NCBI GenBank assembly: GCA_964601735.1
Contig: CAZROO010000001.1
Coordinates: forward strand, 52,093 to 116,092
Length of the DNA stretch: 64,000 nt
Origin: an uncultured Pseudomonadales bacterium
GTDB lineage: Bacteria; Pseudomonadota; Alphaproteobacteria; UBA2136; UBA6156
Direction of reading: 5' to 3'
A model generated the notes under the pieces. The model ran no database searches. It was not told where the DNA came from and was given only the letters and a program-made list of their open reading frames with translations. How positions within the stretch are numbered: the stretch's first letter is position 1; every line of letters starts with the position of its first letter. Positions 9,854-19,760 of this stretch are shown here, piece by piece. The translations under genes and the position numbers were made by a program.

Positions 9854-10262
9854 GGGTCTTGGGGTCAACCTTTTCCCAGGTTTCGGCTAGGTTGCCCTGG
9901 GGGTCGATAATATAGGTATTGCGCATGAACCCCATGTATTTGCGGCCATACATGCTCTTTTCGCCGTACGAGCCATAAGCGTCGGCCACCTTGTGGTCGG
10001 GGTCGCTCAGCAGGTCAAAATTGAGGCCTTCTTTCTCAATGAATTCCTGCAGCATCTCCAACGGGTCGCCGCTTACTCCCAGGATCACGGCCTTTTTCTT
10101 CAAGTCCGCCATGTTGTCGCGCAAGCCGCAGGCCTGCACGGTACAGCCGCTGGTCATGGCCTTGGGGTAGAAGTAAAGAACCACCCACTTACCAGCTAAC
10201 TCATTCAAATCAATCCATTTTGCATCCTGATTCTGTAGGCGGAAATGCGGTGCTTTAGCCAT
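9816..10262 (-). CDS. bcp: thiol peroxidase Bcp (peroxiredoxin)
   Basis: YFYPKAMTSGCTVQAC peroxidatic Cys motif; AGGAG before ATG 10262. Confidence 0.85.
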   Translation of the reverse strand: MAKAPHFRLQNQDAKWIDLNELAGKWVVLYFYPKAMTSGCTVQACGLRDNMADLKKKAVILGVSGDPLEMLQEFIEKEGLNFDLLSDPDHKVADAYGSYGEKSMYGRKYMGFMRNTYIIDPQGNLAETWEKVDPKTHAEKLEQFFASR

Positions 10263-10313
10263 GATGACTCCTCTCAATTATGCGAAATGCCTAACCCGGT
10301 ACCGATAAAAAGT

Positions 10314-10610
10314 CTACAGCAGGTCGCGGGCGAACTGGCTCAGAATTGGCAGAACGCCGCTGCGGACGAAGAAAATCCCCAGCACCACCACCAGCGGGGT
10401 CAGGTCCAGGCCACCCACCAGCGGAATGTACGGGCGTACCTTATCCAACACCGGTTCGGTCAGGTTGGCCAGAATCCGTACCAGCGGATTGCCCGGGTCG
10501 GGGTTAATCCAGCTCAGCACCGCGTGGGCGATGATGACAAAGGTGTAAATCAGCAGTACAGCGTCAACAATGGTGACGGCCGAGAGCAACGGGTAACCAA
10601 GCACGTACAT
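10314..10610 (-). CDS. yggT: YggT family membrane protein
   Basis: About 98 aa, two-TM protein with the YggT-like WINPDP..NP pattern. Confidence 0.65.
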   Translation of the reverse strand: MYVLGYPLLSAVTIVDAVLLIYTFVIIAHAVLSWINPDPGNPLVRILANLTEPVLDKVRPYIPLVGGLDLTPLVVVLGIFFVRSGVLPILSQFARDLL

Positions 10611-10704
10611 GGGCGAATCTCCTCTAAAAGACGTTATAACGGGCAGTTAAGCGCTCTGCAAGGCTTTGCATGGAGGCTTTGCCGCCCCATAATAAATAAA
10701 ACAC

Positions 10705-11889
10705 ATGGCTTTCAACCTGCCCCGCTCCCTGATTTCCACTGCATTGGCTTTGACGGGCTTGGCCTTGCCCGCGGTGGCCGATGACAGCATTGGTAGCACC
10801 ATGGGCGCCATTATCCCCTTTACGGCGGCCGATGCGATGAATTTCGGCAACGTCAGTACCAACCAATGCATGCAGGGGCCCAAGCTTATCGGTGCCTGTG
10901 CGGGGCCGTGCATTCACCCTGCGGGGCTAATCTGGAGTTATCGCAAGCCCGTCGCGGTGGTCGAAGTTACCTGCAAGGCTGGCCAAAGCCAGCTGTTGGG
11001 CGGGCCTTTCCTGAGCAAATTGGCCAGCGCCGCCCTGGGGGCGACAGTCCAGCAAGACTGCGGCAGCGCGGGTTTTGGGCTGGACAAGGCGGGTAATACC
11101 AAGCCGCGATATTATGATGTCCACGTTTTTCGTGTCACTTCAGGGGCTTACCTGAGCCCGCAAGGACTTGTGGCTAAAGGTCTGATGACCGCCGCCTGCC
11201 CCAGCCTTTTTAAAAGCGAAGACTGGAGCACGCCGGTTTCGCTTGCCGGCGCGGCTGTCGGCGGCAGTATGGGTCTCATCCCGGTTTATTTGTCCGAGGC
11301 TGACCCGACCTGGAAAAGCCCTATTCCCACGCCGGATAGTGCGATGAACACTATTGTGGCGTCCACCGTCGGTGCCATTGGTACTGCTGCTCAAGAGGGG
11401 GTTTGTGCAGCCGCCGGTGCGGCTGCCACCCTTGGCCTGGCACAGCCTAGCTTTACCGATAAATGCATCGGGGCCTGGGGGCTGCGTGGCCCCAACGGCG
11501 GCTGGGTCAGCCATAAAAATGAATCGATTGCCGCCATGATTACCGCCGCCCGGGCCTACCAGCGGGTGTCGCTCCTGCATCTGGTGGAAAGCGAAATCCC
11601 CGGCAAGGCCAACATTTTCAGCTTTGTTTATCCACCGGTTCACCCCGAGCAGGCGCCGGGCAGCGGGCTGCGCGGCAGTGGCTGTTATACCGAAGGCACG
11701 ATTGACCCCCGCTGGTACACTCAAAACGAGGTACTGCTGCCCATGACCGACCCCACGGCCATCATGAACACGCTTGTCAGCAGCAAAATCCAGGGCGTTA
11801 ATAAAGGTTACTTCGTAGCCACATACTGGCGCGATACCTCCTGTTGCACCACGGTTTGCGGCAGTATCCCCTATCCACCGTTCCTGTAA
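10705..11889 (+). CDS. traU: TraU-like conjugal transfer/pilus assembly protein
   Basis: Signal peptide. YLSEADPTW matches F TraU YLSEIDPTW; YDVHVF matches YHVHWY. Cys-rich, with C-terminal YWRDTSCC matching the MWRKRNC region. Confidence 0.8.
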   Translation: MAFNLPRSLISTALALTGLALPAVADDSIGSTMGAIIPFTAADAMNFGNVSTNQCMQGPKLIGACAGPCIHPAGLIWSYRKPVAVVEVTCKAGQSQLLGGPFLSKLASAALGATVQQDCGSAGFGLDKAGNTKPRYYDVHVFRVTSGAYLSPQGLVAKGLMTAACPSLFKSEDWSTPVSLAGAAVGGSMGLIPVYLSEADPTWKSPIPTPDSAMNTIVASTVGAIGTAAQEGVCAAAGAAATLGLAQPSFTDKCIGAWGLRGPNGGWVSHKNESIAAMITAARAYQRVSLLHLVESEIPGKANIFSFVYPPVHPEQAPGSGLRGSGCYTEGTIDPRWYTQNEVLLPMTDPTAIMNTLVSSKIQGVNKGYFVATYWRDTSCCTTVCGSIPYPPFL

Positions 11890-11961
11890 GGAATGGGCCC
11901 AAAAATGCAGCGCCTCCAAAAGCCGAAGAAAAACCGCCCTTCAAAAAGCACGGAGAACCTC

Positions 11962-12630
11962 ATGTCTTCTCAGTATGTAAGCACTTACAACGATTTTTAT
12001 CCTGTTGAGTATAAAAACAAATTTTACTTTAGTCTTGTTGGCCTCACCCTGCTGGGAAGCGGTTTTTTAGCTTCCGCGCATGCCGAAGTCCGAAAGTACG
12101 ACCCAGCCTCAAGTTCCAGTCAGATTACTCTTCCACGTGAAACAAGCCAGGTAGCGCAAAACCAAGCTCAAATCCAACCCCAGACCACTGCTTCGCCAAG
12201 TCTTTTACCGGGTGTGACAAGCAACACTGCTGACCCTTCGGCATATGTGGCGCAATTACAATTACTCAAACCCAAGGAGTACAAGCTGGGTACTGCCCGC
12301 ATCTTCATTAGTGCCGACGATCTGAGCCCTGAACTTATCGACCACCTGAAAGAGGTTCACGCCCTGCAAGATCTTCATTCCGAAATCTATTTCCAGAACA
12401 CCACCCCGGCCAACCTGACCACGCTGTTTACTGAGAAAATAAAGGATTATCCCAAAGGTATGGAGTTCAATATCGACTTCAACGGCCTGCTGGCAAATGA
12501 GCTACATGTGAAGGGGCAAAATGTGATTCTTTACACCGATGCCCAAGGCCGTACCGCTCAATATGATATAAAGAGTGAATATAGCTTTCGAGCGGCGATG
12601 GAAAGAATAAAACAAGGTGTTGCCCAATAA
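11962..12630 (+). CDS. periplasmic protein in the trbC/traW position (TrbC-like?)
   Basis: Signal/TM segment. The C-terminal half has the TrbC/TraW-like pattern (ARIFISADD...NVILYTD). Sits between traU and the traF-like gene, as trbC does in F. GGAGA precedes ATG 11962. Confidence 0.35.
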   Translation: MSSQYVSTYNDFYPVEYKNKFYFSLVGLTLLGSGFLASAHAEVRKYDPASSSSQITLPRETSQVAQNQAQIQPQTTASPSLLPGVTSNTADPSAYVAQLQLLKPKEYKLGTARIFISADDLSPELIDHLKEVHALQDLHSEIYFQNTTPANLTTLFTEKIKDYPKGMEFNIDFNGLLANELHVKGQNVILYTDAQGRTAQYDIKSEYSFRAAMERIKQGVAQ

Positions 12631-13732
12631 ACTATTAACAACGGTTCTGGCGTTAACGGCGTCGGGTTTTTTGTTGACCAACAATATTTACGCCGGTGTG
12701 TCCCAAAAGACAGATAATGGTGACACGGCCAACCCAGCCACCGCCTACCAGCCTTGCCTCGACTACTGGCAGGTGGGCATGGCCGGCAAATGCAATCCGC
12801 CCGTCAAACCGGCCCAAAAAGCCACCACAGCCGTAACGCCTACCATTGCTGTAGCTGTGCCCCCTGCCCCGGTCAGTCCCACCAAGTCGAAGGAAGACGA
12901 GGCCATCGACAAGTTTCAGGAGCAATACGGCAAGCCGCCGCGTGAATTTGTGGCGTTCTACCTTAATCCGACACCTGAAAATGCCACCAAGTGGGTGCAT
13001 ACTTACCAGGAAATGCTCAACCGCAACACGCAGTTGGCCATTGCCTGGACCCAGGCCGAAACACTCTACCAGAACGCCCTCAACAAAGGCGTGCCCGCCA
13101 GCAAGTTTGCCAGCAGCACCCTCGCCCCGGTGCCCGATTACGGCGTTCCGGTGCCTGGCTTTACCGATAATCCCTCCTTCTACCCCGGCAGAACGCCGCC
13201 AAGCACGCAGGTGCTGCAGGCGGGCGTACAAAGCCTGGGCGGCGGTAACCTGCCCAGTCCGGCAGCGCTTACCAACCCCGCCGCCATCACGGCGGGCCTG
13301 GTTACCAACCCGCAAACCCCCTCCACCCAAACCGGGCCCATCGAATTGCGCTACTATTTCAGCGCCGAGTGCCCCTACTGCCAGCGCTTCCAGCCGGGCT
13401 TTGCGGGCCTGTTGAAGGAAGAAGGCGCCAAACTCTCCACCATCTGCGTCGATGTCACCCCCTACTCCGGCCCCGGCACCGGGCCCGACCAGTCCCACGT
13501 CGCCGGCAAGCTCGACTGCGCCTGGCGTACCCTTGAGCCGGGCGAGGAAGACCAGATGGGCATCAAGGAAACGCCGACGCTCATTATCCGTCGCAAACCC
13601 AACGGGCCGTTCGAGCGGGTCAACGGCTACGTCGAAATCGACACGCTCAAGAGCTACCTCTTTAATACTCAGGCCGCCGCTGGCGCGCCGCAAATCACCG
13701 ACGCTCCCATCGGCGCGCCGTCAATGCAATAA
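12617..13732 (+). CDS. TraF/TrbB-like thioredoxin-fold protein
   Basis: Signal peptide. YYFSAECPYCQRFQP CxxC thioredoxin motif, with GIKETPTLII..GYVE tail like F TraF/TrbB. A Pro-rich linker is inserted. Confidence 0.6.
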   Translation: MLPNKLLTTVLALTASGFLLTNNIYAGVSQKTDNGDTANPATAYQPCLDYWQVGMAGKCNPPVKPAQKATTAVTPTIAVAVPPAPVSPTKSKEDEAIDKFQEQYGKPPREFVAFYLNPTPENATKWVHTYQEMLNRNTQLAIAWTQAETLYQNALNKGVPASKFASSTLAPVPDYGVPVPGFTDNPSFYPGRTPPSTQVLQAGVQSLGGGNLPSPAALTNPAAITAGLVTNPQTPSTQTGPIELRYYFSAECPYCQRFQPGFAGLLKEEGAKLSTICVDVTPYSGPGTGPDQSHVAGKLDCAWRTLEPGEEDQMGIKETPTLIIRRKPNGPFERVNGYVEIDTLKSYLFNTQAAAGAPQITDAPIGAPSMQ

Positions 13733-13764
13733 TGAAAAAGCCGTCCGGCCAGTAGAATAACCCC

Positions 13765-13793
13765 CTGTCAGTTTGCCATTTGTGCCCTATACT
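13765..13793 (+). promoter_or_regulatory. candidate promoter CTGTCA-N17-TATACT
   Basis: The CCCTGTCAGTTT box recurs at 43587 and CCCTGTCA at 36669; a -10-like TATACT sits 31 nt before the 13825 start. Confidence 0.3.
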
Positions 13794-13824
13794 ATAGACG
13801 GCTCAAGAAGAGCCCGAGAGAATA

Positions 13825-14154
13825 ATGGCCGATAACGCGACCCCTGCTAACCATCTGTCGGTAGAACACCGCAGCGAGACCGCGCGCCTGGCACGCGAGC
13901 GCCTGCTGTGGGCGGTGCGGCCGTTCGGCCTGATTGGCTTGGTGCTGTGGGTGCTGACTCCCGCGGTGGCGGCAGGCGGCAACCTTTCCGGCCGCACGCT
14001 CGAAGGGTTCCTGTTCGGTGCGGCCTACGGCTTGCTGATATATGGCGAACAACTTAAAAACTACCTGCGCTTCCGGCTCGAAGACGGTACCGACCATAAA
14101 AACCGCGTGCCGGATGAATTCTACTGGGGCGTTGTGGAAAAGAGGTTGCGTTAA
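13825..14154 (+). CDS. small two-TM membrane protein, possible detached membrane anchor of the coupling ATPase
   Basis: Two hydrophobic helices. Its stop overlaps the start of the next gene (TAATG at 14152-14156). Confidence 0.5.
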   Translation: MADNATPANHLSVEHRSETARLARERLLWAVRPFGLIGLVLWVLTPAVAAGGNLSGRTLEGFLFGAAYGLLIYGEQLKNYLRFRLEDGTDHKNRVPDEFYWGVVEKRLR

Positions 14155-15599
14155 TGACTATCGGCAGCGGTAACGAAGTGTTTCTCCCTAGCGGGCTGAT
14201 GACCCGCCACTGCTTGGCCGTGGCGGCCACCGGTGCGGGTAAATCCAACTTCCTTAACCTCATTCTCAAGCAGCAGATGATGCGCGGCGGCGGCGTCATC
14301 CACATCGACGGTAAAAACTCCGAAGAGGCCATCAGTCAGTTCCTCACGCTGGCCCGCCAGCACGACCGCTGGCAAGATGTGCGCATCATCAATATCGGCA
14401 ATTCCAAACTTTCCAATACTTACAACCCGTTGCTGCGTGGCGACAGCGAAGAGTTGGTCAACCGCGTCATGCTTCTGGTGGGCGGCGGTGGCAAGGGCGA
14501 CTTTTTCCGCAGCCAGGCGGGTAATGCCCTGCGCGCCATTGTGGCCATCCTGTGCCAGATGAAAATACCATTTAACTTCAATGACCTGCAAATGATCATG
14601 ACCGAGGAGGGCGCGTTGCGCCACATTATGCAGCAAGCCCCCAAGGACACGCGGGAATACGTCGACCTGCGCATGTTCATCGAGCAAATCAGCGAAGTCG
14701 ATAAACGCTCTGGCATCAAGCAAATCGACAACCGCAAGCGCCAGTTCGCGTTTGGCGACCTGCTGGGTAAAATCTCGTCCTACGGTAGCGGCGCCGAGGT
14801 GCGCGACGTACTCAATTCCTACAACCCGGAGGTCGACCTGCTTGAAGCCATGCGCGAAAACCAGCTGGTTTACGTCGGTCTGCCCACGCTGAACAAGACC
14901 GAGGCCGCCGTCGATTTCGCCAAAATCTTCCTCAACGACCTGATTACTGCCGTCGGCCAGCTGCAAAACGTCCCGAATGCCGACAAGCCCAGCCCGCCAT
15001 TCCTGGTGTTGATGGACGAATTCTCCAGCTATGCTATGGCCAGTCTCGATAAACTGTTCGAGCAGGCGCGTTCGGCCAACATCTGCCTGTTCCCGCTGGT
15101 GCAAACCATGAGTTCGCTGTCCGATCCCCAGCGCGGCCTGTCAGAAGACTTCAAGGACAAAATCCTGGGTAATACCTGGACCAAGGTCGTCTTCAAGCTC
15201 AACGACTCCACCAGCCGCGAGGAAATGAGCAAGCTGGCCGGTGAGGCGCTCAAGGAAATCAAGAGCGTCAGTTACGGCGAGAGCCTGAGCTTTGCCAGCG
15301 GCGTGGGTGCGGGCACCGAGGCCAGCAAGCTGCAAACCGGTGGTCGGGGCCGCAATACCAGCACCTCGGTCAGCATGCAGTACGACGCAGTGGTCCGGCC
15401 CGAGGAATTCGGCGATCTGGACCAGGGTGAGGGCATTTTGATTGGCCGGGAAGGGGTGTTTAAGCTCCGGGTGCCGGAAGTGATTTTAAAGAAGGATAAC
15501 GAAGGCCTGGACTTCCCAAAATTCCGCATGCCTGTCCGCCAGGGGCTCGATCTCGCCGGCAAGTACCACACTTTTAGCGGCGGCGGCCAAAAGGAGTAA
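14154..15599 (+). CDS. T4CP-like P-loop ATPase (TraD/VirD4/TrwB-type), lacking N-terminal TM segments
   Basis: Walker A AATGAGKSN, Walker B FLVLMDEFSSY, and later LVQTMSSL and NTWTKVVFKLND blocks in coupling-protein order. Confidence 0.6.
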   Translation: MTIGSGNEVFLPSGLMTRHCLAVAATGAGKSNFLNLILKQQMMRGGGVIHIDGKNSEEAISQFLTLARQHDRWQDVRIINIGNSKLSNTYNPLLRGDSEELVNRVMLLVGGGGKGDFFRSQAGNALRAIVAILCQMKIPFNFNDLQMIMTEEGALRHIMQQAPKDTREYVDLRMFIEQISEVDKRSGIKQIDNRKRQFAFGDLLGKISSYGSGAEVRDVLNSYNPEVDLLEAMRENQLVYVGLPTLNKTEAAVDFAKIFLNDLITAVGQLQNVPNADKPSPPFLVLMDEFSSYAMASLDKLFEQARSANICLFPLVQTMSSLSDPQRGLSEDFKDKILGNTWTKVVFKLNDSTSREEMSKLAGEALKEIKSVSYGESLSFASGVGAGTEASKLQTGGRGRNTSTSVSMQYDAVVRPEEFGDLDQGEGILIGREGVFKLRVPEVILKKDNEGLDFPKFRMPVRQGLDLAGKYHTFSGGGQKE

Positions 15600-15610
15600 G
15601 CGGAGGAGTC

Positions 15611-15898
15611 ATGACAGTCGACCAGATCGCCGAGCTCTACGTCCACGTCATCGAACCCTTGCTCAAGGTCCTGGCTGTTTTTGTGGTTGTTGTTATATTG
15701 CTTCATATGTTTAATGCGTTGGGCGACTCCAAAAAGAAGGCTGATCTTATTAATAGTACGTTCAATTTCCTCCTGAAAGCCACTCTCTTTGTGTTTACTG
15801 GTCTGGGGCGTGTCGCGCTCTTCCTTGGGCGTCTGTTGCTCCGAATCATCAATCTGCTGATTGCTACTATCAGCGACTTCTTTACCTCCAAGATTTAG
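15611..15898 (+). CDS. small membrane protein
   Basis: Two or three hydrophobic helices; in-operon position. Confidence 0.45.
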   Translation: MTVDQIAELYVHVIEPLLKVLAVFVVVVILLHMFNALGDSKKKADLINSTFNFLLKATLFVFTGLGRVALFLGRLLLRIINLLIATISDFFTSKI

Positions 15899-15962
15899 CT
15901 ATTTAATAGGCAAGCCCCTTGCAGGCTTGTTTTACCGCCGTATCATACCCGCAACATAAGGG

Positions 15963-16970
15963 GTGGGGGCCATGACGGTTCAATCAACGAAAATCAGCCT
16001 GATGCTTGGATTAAGCGGTATGTTGTTATGCGGTTGCGCCAGTTGGCCGTTCGAGGGCAACGCCCAGGTGACGCCCGCAGGCGCAGCGCCGCAACTGGCC
16101 CAGGCCGACGCTACAGCCGATTCCGATGGTTATGGCTACCCCGACTACTCTTCTGTCGAGCCTGCTGCCGGTCCCGCGCCTGCCAGGGCGTCCCGCCAGA
16201 TGGCCGCTGCGCCTACCGCAGGGGTTGCCACGGCTTATCCTGCACTGGTTGACCCTGTCATGGCCCAACGTACGGCCGCGTTGCAAAACGAAGTCGCCAA
16301 ACTCGAAGACCGCCTCCAACGGGTCGAGAAAGCGGCGCTGCGTCTCGATCGCCGCATGCAACTGGTCGAGCGTAACGAGTTGAGCAAAATGAACACCGCT
16401 GCCAACGACGATGACAGCGCCCCCCGTGCCGCCGATGCCGGTGACAATAACGGGTCGGACGCCTTCAATAATGATAACGGCGCCCCCACCACCATTAAGG
16501 TCTCCGGCCCACGCGCCGGGTATGGCGACGGTTTCCAACCGGTCAGCACGCCTATTACCAGTGCCCTGCAGGCCGCGCCCCGGGTCGAAGCCGCCAGTGC
16601 GCCTCAGCCCGCGGCCCAGGTTGCCTCCAATCAGTTGCCCAGCCTGGCCGACCCCGCTACCACCAGCAGCCGGGTGCCGGACGCCGGAGACAAATTGGCC
16701 ATCTGGACGGTGCACTATAATAACGACAAGGTCTGGCCCGAACGTGACCAACTGCCCAGCAGCCGCGATGTGGTGAGCTTGCTGCGGGAAGGGGGTAAAG
16801 CCACCCTGTTCGCCCGCGGCGCCCAGCCCAACTCGCGCGAATTCCGCGAGCGGGTCAAGGCGCTTAGCCGCTACCTGGCCAAGGTCAGCAGTCTCGACAG
16901 CGTGCCCATCGCGGCACTGTCCGCCCCGCATCTTGATGGCGATACCATCGAAGTGTTCGCCCAGCCGTAA
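15963..16970 (+). CDS. Ala/Pro-rich lipoprotein with coiled coil
   Basis: Lipobox LLCGC, then a coiled-coil segment (LQNEVAKLEDRLQRVEK); terminator downstream. Confidence 0.5.
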   Translation: MGAMTVQSTKISLMLGLSGMLLCGCASWPFEGNAQVTPAGAAPQLAQADATADSDGYGYPDYSSVEPAAGPAPARASRQMAAAPTAGVATAYPALVDPVMAQRTAALQNEVAKLEDRLQRVEKAALRLDRRMQLVERNELSKMNTAANDDDSAPRAADAGDNNGSDAFNNDNGAPTTIKVSGPRAGYGDGFQPVSTPITSALQAAPRVEAASAPQPAAQVASNQLPSLADPATTSSRVPDAGDKLAIWTVHYNNDKVWPERDQLPSSRDVVSLLREGGKATLFARGAQPNSREFRERVKALSRYLAKVSSLDSVPIAALSAPHLDGDTIEVFAQP

Positions 16971-16994
16971 GTGTTGCTAAAATTGATGCCGGAT

Positions 16995-17028
16995 AACAAC
17001 TCGCCATATCAAAGGCGAGTTGTTTTTT
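16995..17028 (+). terminator. rho-independent terminator
   Basis: AACAACTCGCC-loop-GGCGAGTTGTT followed by TTTT. Confidence 0.7.
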
Positions 17029-17173
17029 AGTCCGGGGACTTGCAGGCGGGGCAGGGGCAGTTTACTTTGCAGAAACGGTAAGGGACCCCATGCCCGGCCC
17101 GCTACGTTGAAAAGCAAAAACTGTTTCATCCGCCCAAAACGGATGACCTGAAGACTGATGAGAGGATGAAGTC

Positions 17174-17767
17174 ATGAGTGACAACCCCAATCCGATGCCG
17201 CCGCGTCCCGCCGGTAGCCAGCCCGGCCAACCGTCCGGCCAATCCAGCAACAACAACCCGGCCAATGCGCAAAAGCGCAGCCAGTTCCATGCCCGGTTGG
17301 AAAACCAGAAAGCCCAGCTCGAGCGCCACGGCAACTTTGCCGAAGTGGTCATCCGCACCACGCCCGAAGGCACCGACATGATCAATTTTGCCCGCCTGTG
17401 GGAGCACGTGCTGGTGCAGGCCGACCGTCAAACCCGCGGCTATGTTGCCAAGTCCAGCCGTGGTGAGTTCGAAACCACCCGCAAGGATTTCGACGACTGC
17501 GTTGAGTTCATGGTGCAAAAAATCAAGAGTGCGGTGCAACGCCACAAACTCGACCTCGCAGGCACCAATTTTATTTCCCGCGTGGCCCAGCGCTACGGTA
17601 TCGTCGACAAGGTCCGCAAGTCGCCCGCCGAACGCCCGGTGCAAGCAGCCGCCGCACCGGTGGCAGAGGCGCCTGCCGCCGAGGCTCCGGCTGCGACCGA
17701 GGAAAAGAAACGTCCGGTCCGCGCCGCCAAACCCAAGGCCGCCAAGGATGACGTCGACGCGTTGTAA
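17174..17767 (+). CDS. hypothetical protein with basic Ala/Pro/Lys C-terminal tail
   Basis: GAGAGGA RBS; histone-H1-like tail AAKPKAAKDD; no family recognised. Confidence 0.45.
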   Translation: MSDNPNPMPPRPAGSQPGQPSGQSSNNNPANAQKRSQFHARLENQKAQLERHGNFAEVVIRTTPEGTDMINFARLWEHVLVQADRQTRGYVAKSSRGEFETTRKDFDDCVEFMVQKIKSAVQRHKLDLAGTNFISRVAQRYGIVDKVRKSPAERPVQAAAAPVAEAPAAEAPAATEEKKRPVRAAKPKAAKDDVDAL

Positions 17768-17806
17768 TCGCGCAAGCCTTTAAGGCCTTGTTTTGCAAAG
17801 GGGGTG

Positions 17807-17834
17807 TAGACACCCCCTTTGTTATGCGTATAAT
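17807..17834 (+). promoter_or_regulatory. sigma70-type promoter TAGACA-N16-TATAAT
   Basis: Consensus -10 TATAAT at 17829-17834 and a 5/6 -35 match; 40 nt upstream of ATG 17874 with AGGAGAG RBS. Confidence 0.5.
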
Positions 17835-17873
17835 TCAGGCACAAGCAGGCCACTAACAGGAGAGCACGCCCCC

Positions 17874-18182
17874 ATGTCCAAACCTTTCGAATTCGGCCAG
17901 ACCGTCTTTATCTTTTTGGCCGTGCTCGGCGCCGCCTGGTGGGTCGGCACCATCTGGAAGGCCCAGGGCGAAGACCGTCTGGTACAGGCCTGCATTCCCA
18001 TCGAGTTCTCCACCGACACCCTTCACCAGGTCACCACCGCGCTGGTCGGCTATCCGCCCACCTGGACGCTCAAGCTCCAAAGCTACCTCATGGGCGGTTG
18101 CTATTACTTCTTCTCGGTCATTCTGCCGGATAGTAATAACAACGGCAGCTATATCCGTAGCGGCGGTGTGCGAACCCATTAA
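17874..18182 (+). CDS. small membrane protein
   Basis: ATG 17874 with AGGAGAG RBS and hydrophobic helices; the track start at 17793 is unlikely. Confidence 0.45.
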   Translation: MSKPFEFGQTVFIFLAVLGAAWWVGTIWKAQGEDRLVQACIPIEFSTDTLHQVTTALVGYPPTWTLKLQSYLMGGCYYFFSVILPDSNNNGSYIRSGGVRTH

Positions 18183-18212
18183 AGAAAGGGGCCCGGTTGG
18201 GCCTCTTTCTTT
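18181..18212. terminator. bidirectional terminator between convergent genes
   Basis: AAAGAAAGGGGCCC-GGTT-GGGCCTCTTTCTTT. Confidence 0.65.
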
Positions 18213-18222
18213 ACGCCATGCA

Positions 18223-19578
18223 CTAGAATCTTTCCGCCAGCTGCGCCTGCAAGGCCGAAGCCCGTTCCTGCAATACCGGCAACGCGCCGCTTTCCGGCGC
18301 CACGTCCACCGGTCCTTCAAACACCATGCCGCGGGCAATGGTGCTGGCAATTTCGGGGTGGCCGCCGGCGGCAAAGTCCACCACCACGGCGGGGCCGAAC
18401 ACAACCTCGCCCAACTTGAAGCTGGCGGCGAGGGGGGTCAGGTCGTCCCACGGGCTGGCAAAATGCAGTTCCTTCAAGCTGGCCAGCACAATCGGCCAGG
18501 CTGGATGCTCAACGCTGCCGCTGCTTTCCCATAAATCGAATTGCTCGCGCAGTTCCACGGGGAGCTTGGCACCCATCGTTCCCAGAATTGCCGCGGCCCG
18601 CACCAGCATACGGCCGCCGGGCAGGGGCACGGCGTCGGTGGTTTCGGTGGGTACGGCATCACGCTGCCATTCTTCCACCAGCGTTGGTAACAGGGTGCGC
18701 ACGTGCTGGCGCAGCAGGGCTTCTTCAGCCGGGCCGGGTGGGGTGGTGCTGCCGCTGTTGCGGCGCTTGCTCACCAGCCGTTGCAGGGCGTTGGCCAACT
18801 CCTTGGTCAGGGCATCGGTGTTCACCGGCAGGCCGCCGGGCGTATCATAGTAACGCAGCGCGGTGGCCAGGGAGCGGCGCCCGGCGCGGGCCTCGTCGCT
18901 GCCGTGGCTCAGGGCGCGAAAACTCGGCAACGTCGAAAGCACAAACGCCGCCAGCCCGCCATGCTCGCGGCAGCGACGCTCAAAGCGGATACGGTCGCGC
19001 TTCCAAAACTGCTTGAGCGGGTGATGGGTGCGTACTTCATGGTAGGCCACCACCTTGCTCAGCACGCTGGCCAGCGCAGCGGCGCGCTGCAACGGGCCAC
19101 TGCCGGGCAGGGCGCGCATGATGTCCCAGCGGGCCAGTGCTTCTTCATACAAGGTCGGATGGGCGTGGCCCAGGTTAAAGGGCCAATGGCGGTAGCCGTT
19201 CAAAAAACCGATCAGTTCGGCTTCCAGCGGCGAAAGGCCCGGCCACGCCGGCGGCGCGATCACTTCGGGTAAGAACTTACTGAGCGAAATTGAGTAGCCC
19301 GAACCTTCACCCATGCGAAAGGCCGTGCCGTACTCGTCAACCACCTGCGATTCAAACCCGGTCGTCACGCTGCGGCTCCATGCCGCCACCTTAACTGCCA
19401 GCCATACCAGCAAGAATCCGCCCAGGGTCCCCGCACCAATCACCGCCACGCCATGACCGTAAACGTCAAAGTTCAGGCCGCGCTCACCCAGCAGGTAGGT
19501 GGTGACCATCTCGTAAATCCACCATGCTACCAAAAACAGGCCAATCACGATAGTAAAGCGGAACTTCGGCCCGCTCAT
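18223..19578 (-). CDS. membrane-anchored hypothetical protein (only minus-strand gene inside the locus core)
   Basis: Two N-terminal TM helices and a large soluble domain. The weak His-rich patch (YHEVRTHHP..REHGGL) is not assignable by eye. Confidence 0.5.
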   Translation of the reverse strand: MSGPKFRFTIVIGLFLVAWWIYEMVTTYLLGERGLNFDVYGHGVAVIGAGTLGGFLLVWLAVKVAAWSRSVTTGFESQVVDEYGTAFRMGEGSGYSISLSKFLPEVIAPPAWPGLSPLEAELIGFLNGYRHWPFNLGHAHPTLYEEALARWDIMRALPGSGPLQRAAALASVLSKVVAYHEVRTHHPLKQFWKRDRIRFERRCREHGGLAAFVLSTLPSFRALSHGSDEARAGRRSLATALRYYDTPGGLPVNTDALTKELANALQRLVSKRRNSGSTTPPGPAEEALLRQHVRTLLPTLVEEWQRDAVPTETTDAVPLPGGRMLVRAAAILGTMGAKLPVELREQFDLWESSGSVEHPAWPIVLASLKELHFASPWDDLTPLAASFKLGEVVFGPAVVVDFAAGGHPEIASTIARGMVFEGPVDVAPESGALPVLQERASALQAQLAERF

Positions 19579-19760
19579 CGCTCACCGCCTTGGGTGTTCA
19601 GCCGGAAATTGGCGGCCAGCTTAAAAAATAGGCAGCTCGTGAGTGCTGATTTAACACACAAAGTATGTACTTTCTCTTGACCGGTTCACAGGCTGTCGCC
19701 ACCCTGTGCTAAACATTGCTAGAACAACAGAGAGTTGAACAGGAAGTCAAGCCTCCCCCC

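Noticed and set aside
10611-10704. Island junctions (att-like direct repeats) at the yggT/traU boundary (10611-10704) and at the right edge of the locus (59183-59752).
   Set aside because: No shared direct repeat between the two boundaries could be seen by eye, and no tRNA or integrase is adjacent. This needs a computational repeat search to be definitive.
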